Part shown: in pieces, positions 36,756-49,918 of the stretch
How the letters are laid out: each line of letters opens with the position of its first letter
Position numbering within the stretch: the first letter of the stretch is position 1
Assembly (NCBI GenBank): GCA_046563655.1
Contig: CM102283.1
Location: forward strand, 4,774,001 to 4,838,000
Length of the DNA stretch: 64,000 bases
Direction of reading: 5' to 3'
Origin: Yuukianura sp. NJ FZ-2021
Taxonomy: Eukaryota
Notes under the pieces: model-generated
Seen by the model: only the letters and a program-made list of their open reading frames with translations
Database searches by the model: none
What the model was told of the DNA's origin: nothing
Position numbers and translations under genes: made by a program

Positions 36756-39700
36756 ATGTCGGGAAGAAAAAGAGAGTTGTCCATGACTCCTGAAGCCATT
36801 CGCAAAAGACTTGCCCGTGCCCGTGAAACCGAACAAGAAACAATTAGACGTCGGCAGTCGTGTGCTGAACGCCAGCAAGTGAGAAGAACATTACTGTCAG
36901 ATGAAGGACAAGTGGGTTTTGACTATTCGAATATTGTGGATGAACGTACTGTCGTAGAATATTTCGTAGGCAGTATGACTGCCCGATGTGGACACTGTAA
37001 TTCAAAAAATTTTGAAGGGGAAAGGTCAAGTACTACCAAACAATTTTCGTCATGCTGCGAGCATGGAAAAATAATTTTGCCTAACCTAAAGACTAATGAG
37101 TTAATATCTAACCTAATGAAAGGTGACCATGAATTAGCTCGGAATTTTGTGGAAAACATTAGATCCTACAATAGTGCATTAGCTTTTGCTTCTATGGGGG
37201 CTCAAATTGTGCCACCACCGGGCTATGGGCCATATTGCTTCCGTATTCACGGGCAGATTTACCATTTGACTGGACCACTGCACCCACGTCAAGGGGAAGA
37301 GCCCGAATACGCCCAACTGTACATTATTGACGCAGAAGAGGCGTTAACTAATCGAACAAATCAGAATTCCAATAAAGGTTGTAACGCAGCCCTGATGAAT
37401 GAGTTGGACATCCTAATGCGCAACGTTAACCCTTTTGCTCAAGCATACAAAATGATGCGAGAATTTGAACTTGAAGAAGAGGAATTAGCTCGACAGGAAG
37501 GTCGAGTTCCTCATCAAATTTCAATGTCTATTGTAAATGACTACTCTGATGATCAGAGGAGGTATAATGCCCCAAGATGCAACGAAGTTGCGGTGGTATT
37601 TCAAAATACTTTGGGCGAACCTCCATTTAACCGGGACATAAGGATCCATTCTCGAGCTGAAAATAGAACTCAGCCGATTAACTTTTTACATAAAAAGTGT
37701 GATGCAATGACATACCCATTGCTGTTTCCCTACGGCGACAGCGGTTGGACTATAAATCTAACCGTGGGTAAAGCATTAAGCAACCAATTTCAAAGGCTCT
37801 CAATCGGTGAAATTGAAGAGCCAGACAATGACGATGACAATAAACAAAAGATTAGCCAACTGCAGTACTATGCTTACAGATTGGCGGTAAGGGACGAATT
37901 TAATCCTATCTTAAATGCTGGCAAACTAACGCAACAATTTATTGTTGACAGTTACGTTAAAATTGAAGCTAATCGGCTTAACTACATTCGTATGAATCAA
38001 AAGGCTTTGCGAGTCGACAGTTATGCCGGGCTTATGGATCATGTAAACAACACTGCTCAGAATAAAGGGCTAAAAGCAGGGACTGCAGTGATTCTGCCGT
38101 CATCTTTTATTGGAAGCCCAAGAGCAATGGCACAAAATTTCCAAGACGCAATGACAATTGTTCGGAAATATGGAAAGCCAGATCTTTTTGTAACAATGAC
38201 ATGCAATCCAAAATGGCGGGAGATTACAGAAAATCTCGATCCTTGGCAAAGGGCTGAATTTCGTCCTGATTTAGTTGCACGAGTTTTTAAACTTAAACTA
38301 AAAGAACTTTTGAATGATATTCTAAAAAAGAATATTTTTGGAAAAGTTATTGCATACGTTTATGTCATTGAGTTCCAAAAACGTGGCCTTCCTCACTGCC
38401 ATATGCTTTTAATTTTAGACGAGGAAAATAAACTGAAAGAGCCCGACTCGATTGACAAAGTTGTCAGCGCAGAAATACCAAATCCTGAAACCCACCCAAG
38501 GCTTCATGCAATAGTTATGCAGAATATGATTCATGGACCTTGCGGGCAAATGAATTCGTCTTCTATTTGTATGAACAACGGAGAATGCTCAAAAAAATTC
38601 CCAAAGGGTTTTGTAAATGAGACAAACCCAAACCAAGACGGTTATCCACAGTACCGAAGACGTGATACTGGGTTAGAATATAAAGTCGGAAATCACATGA
38701 TTAACAACGCTTGGGTTGTTCCCTATAATCCATTTCTGTTACTGAAGTATAACAGTCACATTAATGTAGAAGTGTGCGCCTCGATTAAGAGCGTCAAATA
38801 TTTGTACAAGTACATCTACAAAGGGCATGATTGTGCCAATGTGCGCCTAGACATATTAACTTGGGATGAACCTGCCCAGTTTGTGGATTCTAGATACATT
38901 AGTGCTCCAGAAGGAGTTTGGCGTATCAGAAAATACAAAATGGATGACACATCCCATGTAATTAAAAGACTCCCCGTTCATCTCGAAAATATGCAACAAG
39001 TTTATTTCGAAGAAGGGGATGAAGAAGGAGCTTTTGAAGAAGCGAATCTAAGCAGTTCGATGCTTCAAGCCTACTTTGAATTAAACAAGGCTGATACAAA
39101 TGCCCATGGATTTCTCTATTCGGAAATTCCTGAGAATTATACCTGGGACCGAAAATGGCATAAATGGAACCCAAGGAAAAAAGCCTTTGGGAAAACCATT
39201 TCTAGAATGTACACTGTTTCTGTGTCTCAAGGCGAATTGTTTTACTTGAGGCTGCTCCTCTTACATGTAAAAGGAGCACATTCGTTCAAAGACGTTCGAA
39301 CGGTACATGGAACTGTCTATGACACATTTAAAGAAGCTGCTATTGCTTTGCAACTTCTTTCTGATGATTCCCAATGGGAGAGTTGCATTTTGGATGCTAT
39401 AACTTACCAAATGCCATACCAATTACGGGATTTATTCGCAATGATTTGCGTTTTTGGACCACCCACGGATCCTAAGGCACTCTGGGAAACTTATAAAGAA
39501 GATTTCCTGGAAGATTATTTAAAGGAACATTCTCCTGAGCTGGCAGAGCAACTGGGCTTGCGAGATTTAGAAGAAACTCTAAATCTACATCGCAAATCTT
39601 GCGTTGAATACAACCTACCCATGCCTAGAGATGACTTGGAAGATCTCTTAGGAGGTATTGACATTCAAGCTCTTGCTTCTGAAGCAGAGCGTTTGACTGA

Positions 39701-41108
39701 AATGTTGAATGCTGCCCAGAAGGAAGCTTATGATGCGATTTTATTGGCAGAAAATGCTGACACGTACAGCAAATGTTTTTTTATTGATGGCCCTGGAGGA
39801 AGTGGTAAAACCTTCCTCTATAATACTCTTGATAAAACTTTTCAAGGTAGAGGCTTAAAAACATGCTTAGTAGCGTCAACTGGATTGGCAGCCACACTAC
39901 TGGAAGCTGGAACGACGTACCATTCCAGATTTGGACTTGGAATCCATACAAATGAGACTACAACGTCTAAAATAAAGCCAACATCTAAAGAGGCAAAGCT
40001 TCTTCGCGAAGCTTCAATTATTATTTGGGACGAAGTCACAATGACTCCATGCTACAACATGGACGCCGTGGACCGTCTTTTTAGAGAAATAATGGGAATT
40101 AATAAACCATTTGGGAATAAGTTATTCCTAATTGGGGGAGATTTTAGACAAACACTCCCAATTGTAAAGCATGGTAAACGTGCCCAAATTGTTCAAGCCT
40201 CGCTTAAAAGAAGCAAAGTTTGGAAGTTTTTCAAACCCCTTAAGCTTCTCGAAAATATGCGTACAGGCCCGGCAGAAATTGCATACAATGAATGGCTCCT
40301 TGATCTAGGGGATGGAAAATTATCCAATGAATACAATTTGGGAGAAGACTTAATTGAACTCCCAACCGATTGTATCGAGGAAAATGATTTAATTTCTTCC
40401 ATTTTTGGCGAAAAGGTTTCGCTGGATGAAGAAAATGTAAAAGCTTTGGCCAAAAAAGCTATATTAACGCCAAAGAACGAACATGTTCATCAACTAAATG
40501 AACAAATATTAAACCGCTGTGACGGCCAAGAAGTCGCTTATTTCAGCACTGATTCTGTCGATGACGACGGAGAAGGTTCGGCAGAGGACTATCCTGTCGA
40601 GTTTATCAACACCCTGACACCATCTGGGTTTCCACTTCATCACCTAAAGCTCAAAGTTGGAGCAATAATTATGCTTCTGCGTAATTTGAATAAAAGGCGC
40701 GGCCTATGTAACGGCACACGACTGATTATTAAGTCGCTAAAACCAAATGTAATTTGTGCAGAGATCCTGCAAGGCAGGCACGAAGGACAGCAAGTCCTTT
40801 TACCTAGAATTGACTTGGTTTCCTCCGAAAGTGACTTTTCAGTTGAAATTCGGAGACGCCAGTTTCCAGTGGCCTTGGCTTTCGTTATGAGCATTAACAA
40901 AGCCCAAGGACAGTCACTGGATTCTGTTGGTATTTACTTGCCATTTCCAGTGTTCAGCCACGGTCAATTATACGTAGCATTCTCTAGGTGCACCAAACAA
41001 GAAAAAGTACGGGTAAAATTGATTTCCCGAGAAAATCAAGGAAAATTGGTGCCTGGAGTAAATAAATGGTTTACAGTTAACTGTGTTTACAAAGAAATCT
41101 TTGCGTAA
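36756..41108 (+). CDS. Helitron RepHel transposase (Zn finger, HUH Rep endonuclease, PIF1-family helicase), 1450 aa, intronless
   Basis: CGHC..CCEHG; Rep motifs PDLFVTMTCNPKW, VIEFQKRGLPHCH, KYLYKYIYKG; helicase motifs GPGGSGKT, IIWDE, GGDFRQTLP, QFPV..INKAQGQS, FSHGQLYVAFSR. Confidence 0.98.
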   Translation: MSGRKRELSMTPEAIRKRLARARETEQETIRRRQSCAERQQVRRTLLSDEGQVGFDYSNIVDERTVVEYFVGSMTARCGHCNSKNFEGERSSTTKQFSSCCEHGKIILPNLKTNELISNLMKGDHELARNFVENIRSYNSALAFASMGAQIVPPPGYGPYCFRIHGQIYHLTGPLHPRQGEEPEYAQLYIIDAEEALTNRTNQNSNKGCNAALMNELDILMRNVNPFAQAYKMMREFELEEEELARQEGRVPHQISMSIVNDYSDDQRRYNAPRCNEVAVVFQNTLGEPPFNRDIRIHSRAENRTQPINFLHKKCDAMTYPLLFPYGDSGWTINLTVGKALSNQFQRLSIGEIEEPDNDDDNKQKISQLQYYAYRLAVRDEFNPILNAGKLTQQFIVDSYVKIEANRLNYIRMNQKALRVDSYAGLMDHVNNTAQNKGLKAGTAVILPSSFIGSPRAMAQNFQDAMTIVRKYGKPDLFVTMTCNPKWREITENLDPWQRAEFRPDLVARVFKLKLKELLNDILKKNIFGKVIAYVYVIEFQKRGLPHCHMLLILDEENKLKEPDSIDKVVSAEIPNPETHPRLHAIVMQNMIHGPCGQMNSSSICMNNGECSKKFPKGFVNETNPNQDGYPQYRRRDTGLEYKVGNHMINNAWVVPYNPFLLLKYNSHINVEVCASIKSVKYLYKYIYKGHDCANVRLDILTWDEPAQFVDSRYISAPEGVWRIRKYKMDDTSHVIKRLPVHLENMQQVYFEEGDEEGAFEEANLSSSMLQAYFELNKADTNAHGFLYSEIPENYTWDRKWHKWNPRKKAFGKTISRMYTVSVSQGELFYLRLLLLHVKGAHSFKDVRTVHGTVYDTFKEAAIALQLLSDDSQWESCILDAITYQMPYQLRDLFAMICVFGPPTDPKALWETYKEDFLEDYLKEHSPELAEQLGLRDLEETLNLHRKSCVEYNLPMPRDDLEDLLGGIDIQALASEAERLTEMLNAAQKEAYDAILLAENADTYSKCFFIDGPGGSGKTFLYNTLDKTFQGRGLKTCLVASTGLAATLLEAGTTYHSRFGLGIHTNETTTSKIKPTSKEAKLLREASIIIWDEVTMTPCYNMDAVDRLFREIMGINKPFGNKLFLIGGDFRQTLPIVKHGKRAQIVQASLKRSKVWKFFKPLKLLENMRTGPAEIAYNEWLLDLGDGKLSNEYNLGEDLIELPTDCIEENDLISSIFGEKVSLDEENVKALAKKAILTPKNEHVHQLNEQILNRCDGQEVAYFSTDSVDDDGEGSAEDYPVEFINTLTPSGFPLHHLKLKVGAIIMLLRNLNKRRGLCNGTRLIIKSLKPNVICAEILQGRHEGQQVLLPRIDLVSSESDFSVEIRRRQFPVALAFVMSINKAQGQSLDSVGIYLPFPVFSHGQLYVAFSRCTKQEKVRVKLISRENQGKLVPGVNKWFTVNCVYKEIFA

Positions 41109-44100
41109 AGCCCATAAAACGCAAAGATAAATAAACACAACTTTCAAAAATGACTCCCAAGTGAGAAAATGAGGGACTAACTCCTAGCCTCGGTCTACGG
41201 ACCAAACATTGGGCATGGGCAGGGCCTTGGGGGCAGATCCCAAGTGCGCTCAACCATGATTTTATTGTAAAGCTATCGCTTCTGGTATCATTATTTGCGA
41301 GGTTGGTTCATCAATCTGGCTACACTCGCAATACTCAAGCTATGAGCCCCGAGCGAAGCTCGGGGCCATGGCTTGTTTTAATTTAATGCTATGGAGACAG
41401 ACTACAAAAATAGGGACATTTGTCTGGTTTGAGGATCTTCAAGTGGTTTTTTGAAACCAGTGTTGTTGAAAATATTTTTCAACTAAGGTCTGATTGAATC
41501 CTGAGGAACGGAATTGTGCCAAGATAGCAATTTTAATTTGACGCTATGGAGACAGACTACAAAAATAGGGACATTTGTCTAGTTTGAGGATATTCAAGTG
41601 GTTTTTTGAAACCAGTGTTATTGTAAATATTTTTCAACTAAGGTCTGATTGAATCCTGAGGAACGGAATTGTGCCAAGATAGCAATTTTAATTTGACGCT
41701 ATGGAGACAGACTACAAAAATAGGGACATTTGTCTAGTTTGAGGATCTTCAAGTCGTTTTTTGAAACCAGTGTTGTTGAAAATATTTTTCAACTAAGGTC
41801 TGATTGAATCCTGAGGAACGGAATTGTACCAAGATAGCAATTTTAATTTGACGCTATGGAGACAGACTACAAAAATAGGGACATTTGTCTAGTTTGAGGA
41901 TCTTCAAGTGGTTTTTTGAAACCAGTGTTGTTGAAAATATTTTTCAACTAAGGTCTGATTGAATCCTGAGGAACGGAAATTGTGCCAAGATAGCAATTTT
42001 AATTTAATGCTATGGAGACAGACTACAAAAATAGGGACATTTGTCTGGTTTGAGGATCTTCAAGTGGTTTTTTGAAACCAGTGTTGTTGAAAATATTTTT
42101 CAACTAAGGTCTGATTGAATCCTGAGGAACGGAATTGTGCCAAGATAGCAATTTTAATTTGACGCTATGGAGACAGACTACAAAAATAGGGACATTTGTC
42201 TGGTTTGAGGACCTTCAAGTGGTTTTTTGAAACCAGTGTTGTTGAAAATATTTTTCAACTAAGGTCTGATTGAATCCTGAGGAACGGAATTGTGCCAAGA
42301 TAGCAATTTTAATTTGACGCTATGGAGACAGACTACAAAAATAGGGACATTTGTCTAGTTTGAGGATCTTCAAGTCGTTTTTTGAAACCAGTGTTGTTGA
42401 AAATATTTTTCAACTAAGGTCTGATTGAATCCTGAGGAACGGAATTGTACCAAGATAGCAATTTTAATTTGACGCTATGGAGACAGACTACAAAAATAGG
42501 GACATTTGTCTAGTTTGAGGATCTTCAAGTGGTTTTTTGAAACCAGTGTTGTTGAAAATATTTTTCAACTAAGGTCTGATTGAATCCTGAGGAACGAAAT
42601 TGTGCCAAGATAGCAATTTTAATTTAATGCTATGGAGACAGACTACAAAAATAGGGACATTTGTCTGGTTTGAGGATCTTCAAGTGGTTTTTTGAAACCA
42701 GTGTTGTTGAAAATATTTTTCAACTAAGGTCTGATTGAATCCTGAGGAACGGAATTGTGCCAAGATAGCAATTTTAATTTGACGCTATGGAGACAGACTA
42801 CAAAAATAGGGACATTTGTCTGGTTTGAGGACCTTCAAGTGGTTTTTTGAAACCAGTGTTGTTGAAAATATTTTTCAACTAAGGTCTGATTGAATCCTGA
42901 GGAACGGAATTGTGCCAAGATAGCAATTTTAATTTGACGCTATGGAGACAGACTACAAAAATAGGGACTTTTGTCTAGTTTGAGGATCTTCAAGTGGTTT
43001 TTCGAAACAACTGTTGTTGAAAATATTTTTCAACTAAGGTCTGATTGAATCCTGAGGAACGGAATTGTGCCAAGATAGCAATTTTAATTTGACGCTATGG
43101 AGACAGACTACAAAAATAGGGACATTTGTCTAGTTTGAGGATATTCAAGTGGTTTTTTGAAACCAGTGTTATTGTAAATATTTTTCAACTAAGGTCTGAT
43201 TGAATCCTGAGGAACGGAATTTTGCCAAGATAGCAATTTTAATTTGACGCTATGGAGACAGACTACAAAAATAGGGACATTTGTCTAGTTTGAGGATATT
43301 CAAGTGGTTTTTTGAAACCAGTGTTATTGTAAATATTTTTCAACTAAGGTCTGATTGAATCCTGAGGAACGGAATTGTGCCAAGATAGCAATTTTAATTT
43401 GACGCTATGGAGACAGACTACAAAAATAGGGACATTTGTCTAGTTTGAGGATATTCAAGTGGTTTTTTGAAACCAGTGTTATTGTAAATATTTTTCAACT
43501 AAGGTCTGATTGAATCCTGAGGAACGGAATTTTGCCAAGATAGCAATTTTAATTTGACGCTATGGAGACAGACTACAAAAATAGGGACATTTGTCTAGTT
43601 TGAGGATATTCAAGTGGTTTTTTGAAACCAGTGTTATTGTAAATATTTTTCAACTAAGGTCTGATTGAATCCTGAGGAACGGAATTGTGCCAAGATAGCA
43701 ATTTTAATTTGACGCTATGGAGACAGACTACAAAAATAGGGACATTTGTCTGGTTTGAGGACCTTCAAGTGGTTTTTTGAAACCAGTGTTGTTGAAAATA
43801 TTTTTCAACTAAGGTCTGATTGAATCCTGAGGAACGGAATTGTGCCAAGATAGCAATTTTAATTTGACGCTATGGAGACAGACTACAAAAATAGGGACAT
43901 TTGTCTAGTTTGAGGATCTTCAAGTCGTTTTTTGAAACCAGTGTTGTTGAAAATATTTTTCAACTAAGGTCTGATTGAATCCTGAGGAACGGAATTGTAC
44001 CAAGATAGCAATTTTAATTTGACGCTATGGAGACAGACTACAAAAATAGGGACATTTGTCTAGTTTGAGGATCTTCAAGTGGTTTTTTGAAACCAGTGTT

Positions 44101-45513
44101 GTTGAAAATATTTTTCAACTAAGGTCTGATTGAATCCTGAGGAACGAAATTGTGCCAAGATAGCAATTTTAATTTAATGCTATGGAGACAGACTACAAAA
44201 ATAGGGACATTTGTCTGGTTTGAGGATCTTCAAGTGGTTTTTGAAACCAGTGTTGTTGAAAATATTTTTCAACTAAGGTCTGATTGAATCCTGAGGAACG
44301 GAATTGTGCCAAGATAGCAATTTTAATTTGACGCTATGGAGACAGACTACAAAAATAGGGACATTTGTCTGGTTTGAGGACCTTCAAGTGGTTTTTTGAA
44401 ACCAGTGTTGTTGAAAATATTTTTCAACTAAGGTCTGATTGAATCCTGAGGAACGGAATTGTGCCAAGATAGCAATTTTAATTTGACGCTATGGAGACAG
44501 ACTACAAAAATAGGGACTTTTGTCTAGTTTGAGGATCTTCAAGTGGTTTTTCGAAACAACTGTTGTTGAAAATATTTTTCAACTAAGGTCTGATTGAATC
44601 CTGAGGAACGGAATTGTGCCAAGATAGCAATTTTAATTTGACGCTATGGAGACAGACTACAAAAATAGGGACATTTGTCTAGTTTGAGGATATTCAAGTG
44701 GTTTTTTGAAACCAGTGTTATTGTAAATATTTTTCAACTAAGGTCTGATTGAATCCTGAGGAACGGAATTTTGCCAAGATAGCAATTTTAATTTGACGCT
44801 ATGGAGACAGACTACAAAAATAGGGACATTTGTCTAGTTTGAGGATATTCAAGTGGTTTTTTGAAACCAGTGTTATTGTAAATATTTTTCAACTAAGGTC
44901 TGATTGAATCCTGAGGAACGGAATTGTGCCAAGATAGCAATTTTAATTTGACGCTATGGAGACAGACTACAAAAATAGGGACATTTGTCTAGTTTGAGGA
45001 TATTCAAGTGGTTTTTTGAAACCAGTGTTATTGTAAATATTTTTCAACTAAGGTCTGATTGAATCCTGAGGAACGGAATTTTGCCAAGATAGCAATTTTA
45101 ATTTGACGCTATGGAGACAGACTACAAAAATAGGGACATTTGTCTAGTTTGAGGATATTCAAGTGGTTTTTTGAAACCAGTGTTATTGTAAATATTTTTC
45201 AACTAAGGTCTGATTGAATCCTGAGGAACGGAATTGTGCCAAGATAGCAATTTTAATTTGACGCTATGGAGACAGACTACAAAAATAGGGACATTTGTCT
45301 AGTTTGAGGATATTCAAGTGGTTTTTCGAAACCAGTGTTGTTGAAAATATTTTTCAACTAAGGTCTGATTGAATCCTGAGGAACGGAATTGTGCCAAGAT
45401 AGCAATTTTAATTTGACGCTATGGAAACAGACTACAAAAATAGGGACATTTGTCTAGTTTGAGGATATTCAAGTGGTTTTTTGAAACCAGTGTTATTGTA
45501 AATATTTTTCAAC

Positions 45514-45905
45514 TGATTTGGATGGAAGGGCAAATCCTAACTTTCCGTAACGAGTTGAATGGAAATTGATGATGAATGAATGAAGAGATGAAGTGGAATT
45601 GGAGTGGAAACTGATTTGACTTGTAATTGCCAATACTTATTATTTTATTACTTAACTAAAAACAAGCAGTTACATTTTGACTCTGTGTAGTGTATGGAGT
45701 TGTTGCTTGTACTAAGGTTGAATCGCGACTCTTTTGTATGCTTGTGTTTTTCTTATGACTAAAAAAGATTCTACTTATGTTTTTGTATTTGAAAAGCTAA
45801 CCGACAAAAGCTACTATCTTTAGAATTTGAAAAGAAGAAGCGTCAGCGCGCTGTTTACCTAGAATTATTAAAATAAAAATAATTTCTGGCAGAACTGCCA
45901 GAACA
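45514..45905 (-). repeat. BEL/Pao 3' LTR (392 bp)
   Basis: Direct repeat of 52413-52807. Confidence 0.95.
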
Positions 45906-48900
45906 CCGGCGCCTCATTTGGGAACATAACCCAAATGCAATTAAAAATTGAAAAGAAAAACCATCTCAAAATTGAAGTTTTTTGGAAAGTGGTGGATTGA
46001 AGGGGATAGGTTGCAGCTTCTGGGTGACTTGAGAGGTGGACTAGGTCTCTCTCCAGGGAAGCGTACCTGGGAAAGTCTTTGCGAGACCCTCCACTGCAAC
46101 TTTCTCCGGGGTTTACAGAAAGAGATGTACTTCAATTCTGAGATAGTACTCTGAATGTTTAAAGTTGAATTACTCGCTCATGTGTTCTGTGTTCTACTCT
46201 CTACTCTAGAAAAATAAATAAAGTTAAATTAAGTTAAATTGGGGTAAATCTTACACTAAGTTGAATTGGAATAGGTTGAAATTATTAAAATACACTTATC
46301 CTAAGGACTTGCAGGTTCTTCAGTTTCTTCGGTTGGTTGTGGTTCAGGGAGAAGGGGACAGATCTTGACCACAGGTCTCTTCAAAGTGTGATCTCGAAAC
46401 TTGGTTAGTTGTCCCTCCTTAGGACCCTTCTTGACAAGTTGACTTGTACGAAAGTTGACCTCAACAGTTCGGATGAGACCGTCATGACCTGGGAACACTT
46501 GGGTGACTCTGGCCAATTTCCATTGCAGTGGAGTGACGTCATCATCTTTGATCAGGACCAATTCACCAACTTCGATGTTCTTCATAGGCTCCTTCCACTT
46601 TCGTCTCTCTTGTAATGAATGAATGTAGTCATCCTTCCACTTCTTCCAAAAATGCTCCAGAAGTATTTGGACTCTCTGCCATCTGGATGCTCTGTTTTCT
46701 TTGATATGGAGTAGGCTCGGCTCTGGAACGGAAGTGAGTGGCTTTCCGATTAAGAAGTGACCGGGTGTAAGAGCCTCGTAGCTGTCTGGGTCATTTGATA
46801 TGGCGAATAACGGGCGAGAATTTAGCACAGCTTCGACCATGGCGAGAATGGTATGGAATTCTTCGAGTGTGAGAACTTGTGATCCAACGGTTCTTCGCAA
46901 GTGATACTTCACACTTCGAACTCCAGCCTCCCATAGACCTCCCATGTGCGGAGCTTCAGGCGGATTGAACTTCCAGTCAATCCCTTGATTGGCTAAAAAC
47001 TGATGAATCTCATGATTAGAACCTTTAAGAAACTTTACCCACTCTGCTAACTCGTTTGCTCCGCCGACGAAGTTTGATCCGCAGTCGGAGCTGATGGTAA
47101 CTGGAAGACCACGTCTGGACACAAATCGTTTCAGTGCAGCGAGAAATGCATCAGTGGTCAGATCCGTTGCCGGCTCAAGATGGACTGCTTTGGTACTGAA
47201 GCAGATGAAAATGCAGAAGTAGACGGTGAACTGCTTTTTGCCTCTGCCTATTGTCTCTTGTGCTTTGAAAGGGCCAGCATAATCCAACCCTGTGTGTTCA
47301 AATGTAGATGATGGTGTTACCCTCTCCTTAGGTAAATTGCTCATCATCTGTTCGTATGTTTTGGCTCTCATCCTCTTGCATTTGACACACTGGTGAAGCT
47401 CACGTCGAATTGATGATCTGGCTCTTATGATCCAAAATTCACGTCTCAGATTGGCAAACATGTGTTGATAATTGGCGTGATGTAGGAGATGATGTCGATG
47501 GTGAATGATCAGCTTTGTAAATTGGTGTTTTCCAGATAAAATAATCTGGTGTTTCTCTTCTTCTGGCAGATTTGAGTGATGGAGTCTGCCTTTGATTCTG
47601 AGTACTCCTTTCTCGTCTAAAAATGGGGTTAAGCATGACAGTTGACTCCGTTTAGGTAACATTTTACCATTCTCGATTCGGCTGATCTCTTTGGCAAATT
47701 CTTCTCTCTGGCTGGCTCTGATGCATGTAGTAAAGGCGGAATCGATTTCTGCTACTGACAGTTCGCCTGTCCAGCGCTCCTCGGGCTGCAATTTCCTAGA
47801 ATTGTAGATAAAACGAAGAACATATGCCACAGCTCTCTTGAGCCGGACAAGGTTAGAGAAACGCTGGAAGAATGAAGTGTCAATTAACATGGAATTGATT
47901 ATGACCTTCTCAGTTTTCAATTCTAAATCAAAATCAATTGACTCTTTTGACTCAAAATTGGGTAACTCACGTTCTCGAAGGAAGTCTGGTCCTCTGAACC
48001 AAACCCCAGTGTTTACCAGTTCCTCAGCACTGATACCTCTGGTTCCAAGATCAGCGGGGTTGAGTTTACCAGGCACAAAGTTCCAACACTTTGCTGGCAG
48101 CACATCTTGAATTTCTGCAATTCTATTTGCAACAAAAGTTTTAAACTTACGTGAGGAGTTCCGCAGCCAGTGCAGAACAATCTCACTATCACTCCAGGTT
48201 GTGATTTGGCAGTTGAGATGTAAGGCTTCCGTGACTTGATTGATGAGCCTTGCCAGAAGTAACGCTCCACATAGCTCTAGTCTCGGTATGCTGATTTGTT
48301 TTAGTGGGGCTACCTTCGTCTTAGATGCGATGAGATTAGTTGAGACACAGTCTCCTCTGATGCAACGGACATAAACGACTGCACAATATGCCGTTTCAGC
48401 TCCGTCCGAGAAACCATGGATTTCCGTTAGTTCCGCTTTCTCTGTAAATAAAAATCTCGGAATTTTGATTAACTTTAAATGATCGATGCTCTTCTCGAAT
48501 TCGATCCATGGGCCTCTCAATTCAGGTGGAACTTCCTCGTCCCAACCCAGGAGGTGCTTAGTTCCATTTAGATCAATCGGAATCCACAGTTTCTGAAAAA
48601 AGATCTTAATAGACACAGTAAATGGAGCTAAGAAACCCAAGGGGTCGAAAACACGACTCATGGAAGATAAAATGGTCCGTTTCGTAGCTCTCTCAGTGGA
48701 TGACGGACTATATCCGGCAAAGTGAAAACTGTCACTTCCGGAATCCCAGCAGACACCCAAGGCACGTACTAAATTCGTTGATTCTGATTTTAAATTAGAG
48801 TTTTTGCCTTGTAACTCTCTCGGAATGAATTTGAGTGTCTCGATGTCGTTTGAATCCCACTGAGTGATTTCCAAACCTGCATTTTTTAGCAGATTGGTCA

Positions 48901-49843
48901 ACTCCTGGAAAATACGAATTGACTCTTGTGTAGATGTAGCTCCTCCCATGAGATCATCTACATAAAAGTTCTTCCGAAGGACCTCGGCACCTACAGGAAA
49001 AGACTGAGAAAAATCGTTAACAATTTGATGCAGACACCGAACTGCATGGAACGGTGCTGAACTCGTGCCGTAGGTGATGGTATTCAGTCGGAATTCTCGG
49101 ACTGGTTCTAGTTTCGATGTTCTCCACAAGATACGTTGGAAGTCTCGGTCGTTCTTGGACATCTCAAATTGCCTATACATCTTTGAAATGTCAGCTTTGA
49201 GAGCGATGGGATTTGACCTAAAACTCAAAAGATGAGAGAAAATATCGTTTTGTATAGTAGGACCTACCATCAAACACTGATTTAGGGAAAATCCAGATGA
49301 CGTTTTAGCTGATCCGTCAAACACCACTCTCAGCTTTGTAGTCTCGCTTGTCTCTTTTAGTACGAAGTGATGTGGCAAATAATTGGTTCGGCCAATTATC
49401 TCTCCACATTCTGAATCTGGGACTGGCTCCATATGTCCCAAATCTTCGTACTCTCTCATAAATCGATGGTACTCGGGTTTGAAATGAGGTAAGTGTTCCA
49501 GTCGCCGTTCCAAATTGTAGAATCTTCTCATTGCGATGGAACGAGACGCACCTAAAGGCTCATGATTAGTTTTGAATGGTAAACTCACTTGATATTTTCC
49601 AGTGGATGTTTTTGTTTGTGTCGAAACAAAATGTTCTTCACACTCTCTCTCCTCAGTTGTAAGAACTTGGCGTTTGGGTACCTCCTCGATCTCCCAGAAT
49701 TTTGAAATGTCATTCTCCTCAATCCGGACATGATTGACCTGTACAAACTTGGAAGGAAAATTAACAGGACCTGAAATTACCCAATGTGAGATTCATGGCT
49801 CACATAGCTTGAGAGACAAAGGATGATAGTGCAGAAAAAATAA

Positions 49844-49918
49844 GTGACCGAGTGGGATTCGAACCCACGTCTTTCTCCAATCCGGGGAGACTGCACTGCC
49901 CTTATGCTACCAGGCCAC
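49844..49918 (-). ncRNA. tRNA-like Pol III cassette in TRIM 3' LTR (not a canonical tRNA)
   Basis: Cloverleaf: GTGGCC/GGTCAC acceptor, GCAT/GTGC D stem, TCTCC-CCGGATT-GGAGA anticodon arm, GTGGG-TTCGAAT-CCCAC T arm; followed by TTATTTTTT. Confidence 0.8.

Larger units (their letters stand above)
35792..41375 (+). mobile_element. Autonomous Helitron (5584 bp)
   Basis: Starts TC after host A and is followed by host T with no TSD (empty monomer GATAGCAA|TTTTAATTTAATGC); 3' hairpin GCCCCGAGC-GAA-GCTCGGGGC at 41346-41366; ends CTTG; encodes RepHel. Confidence 0.96.
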
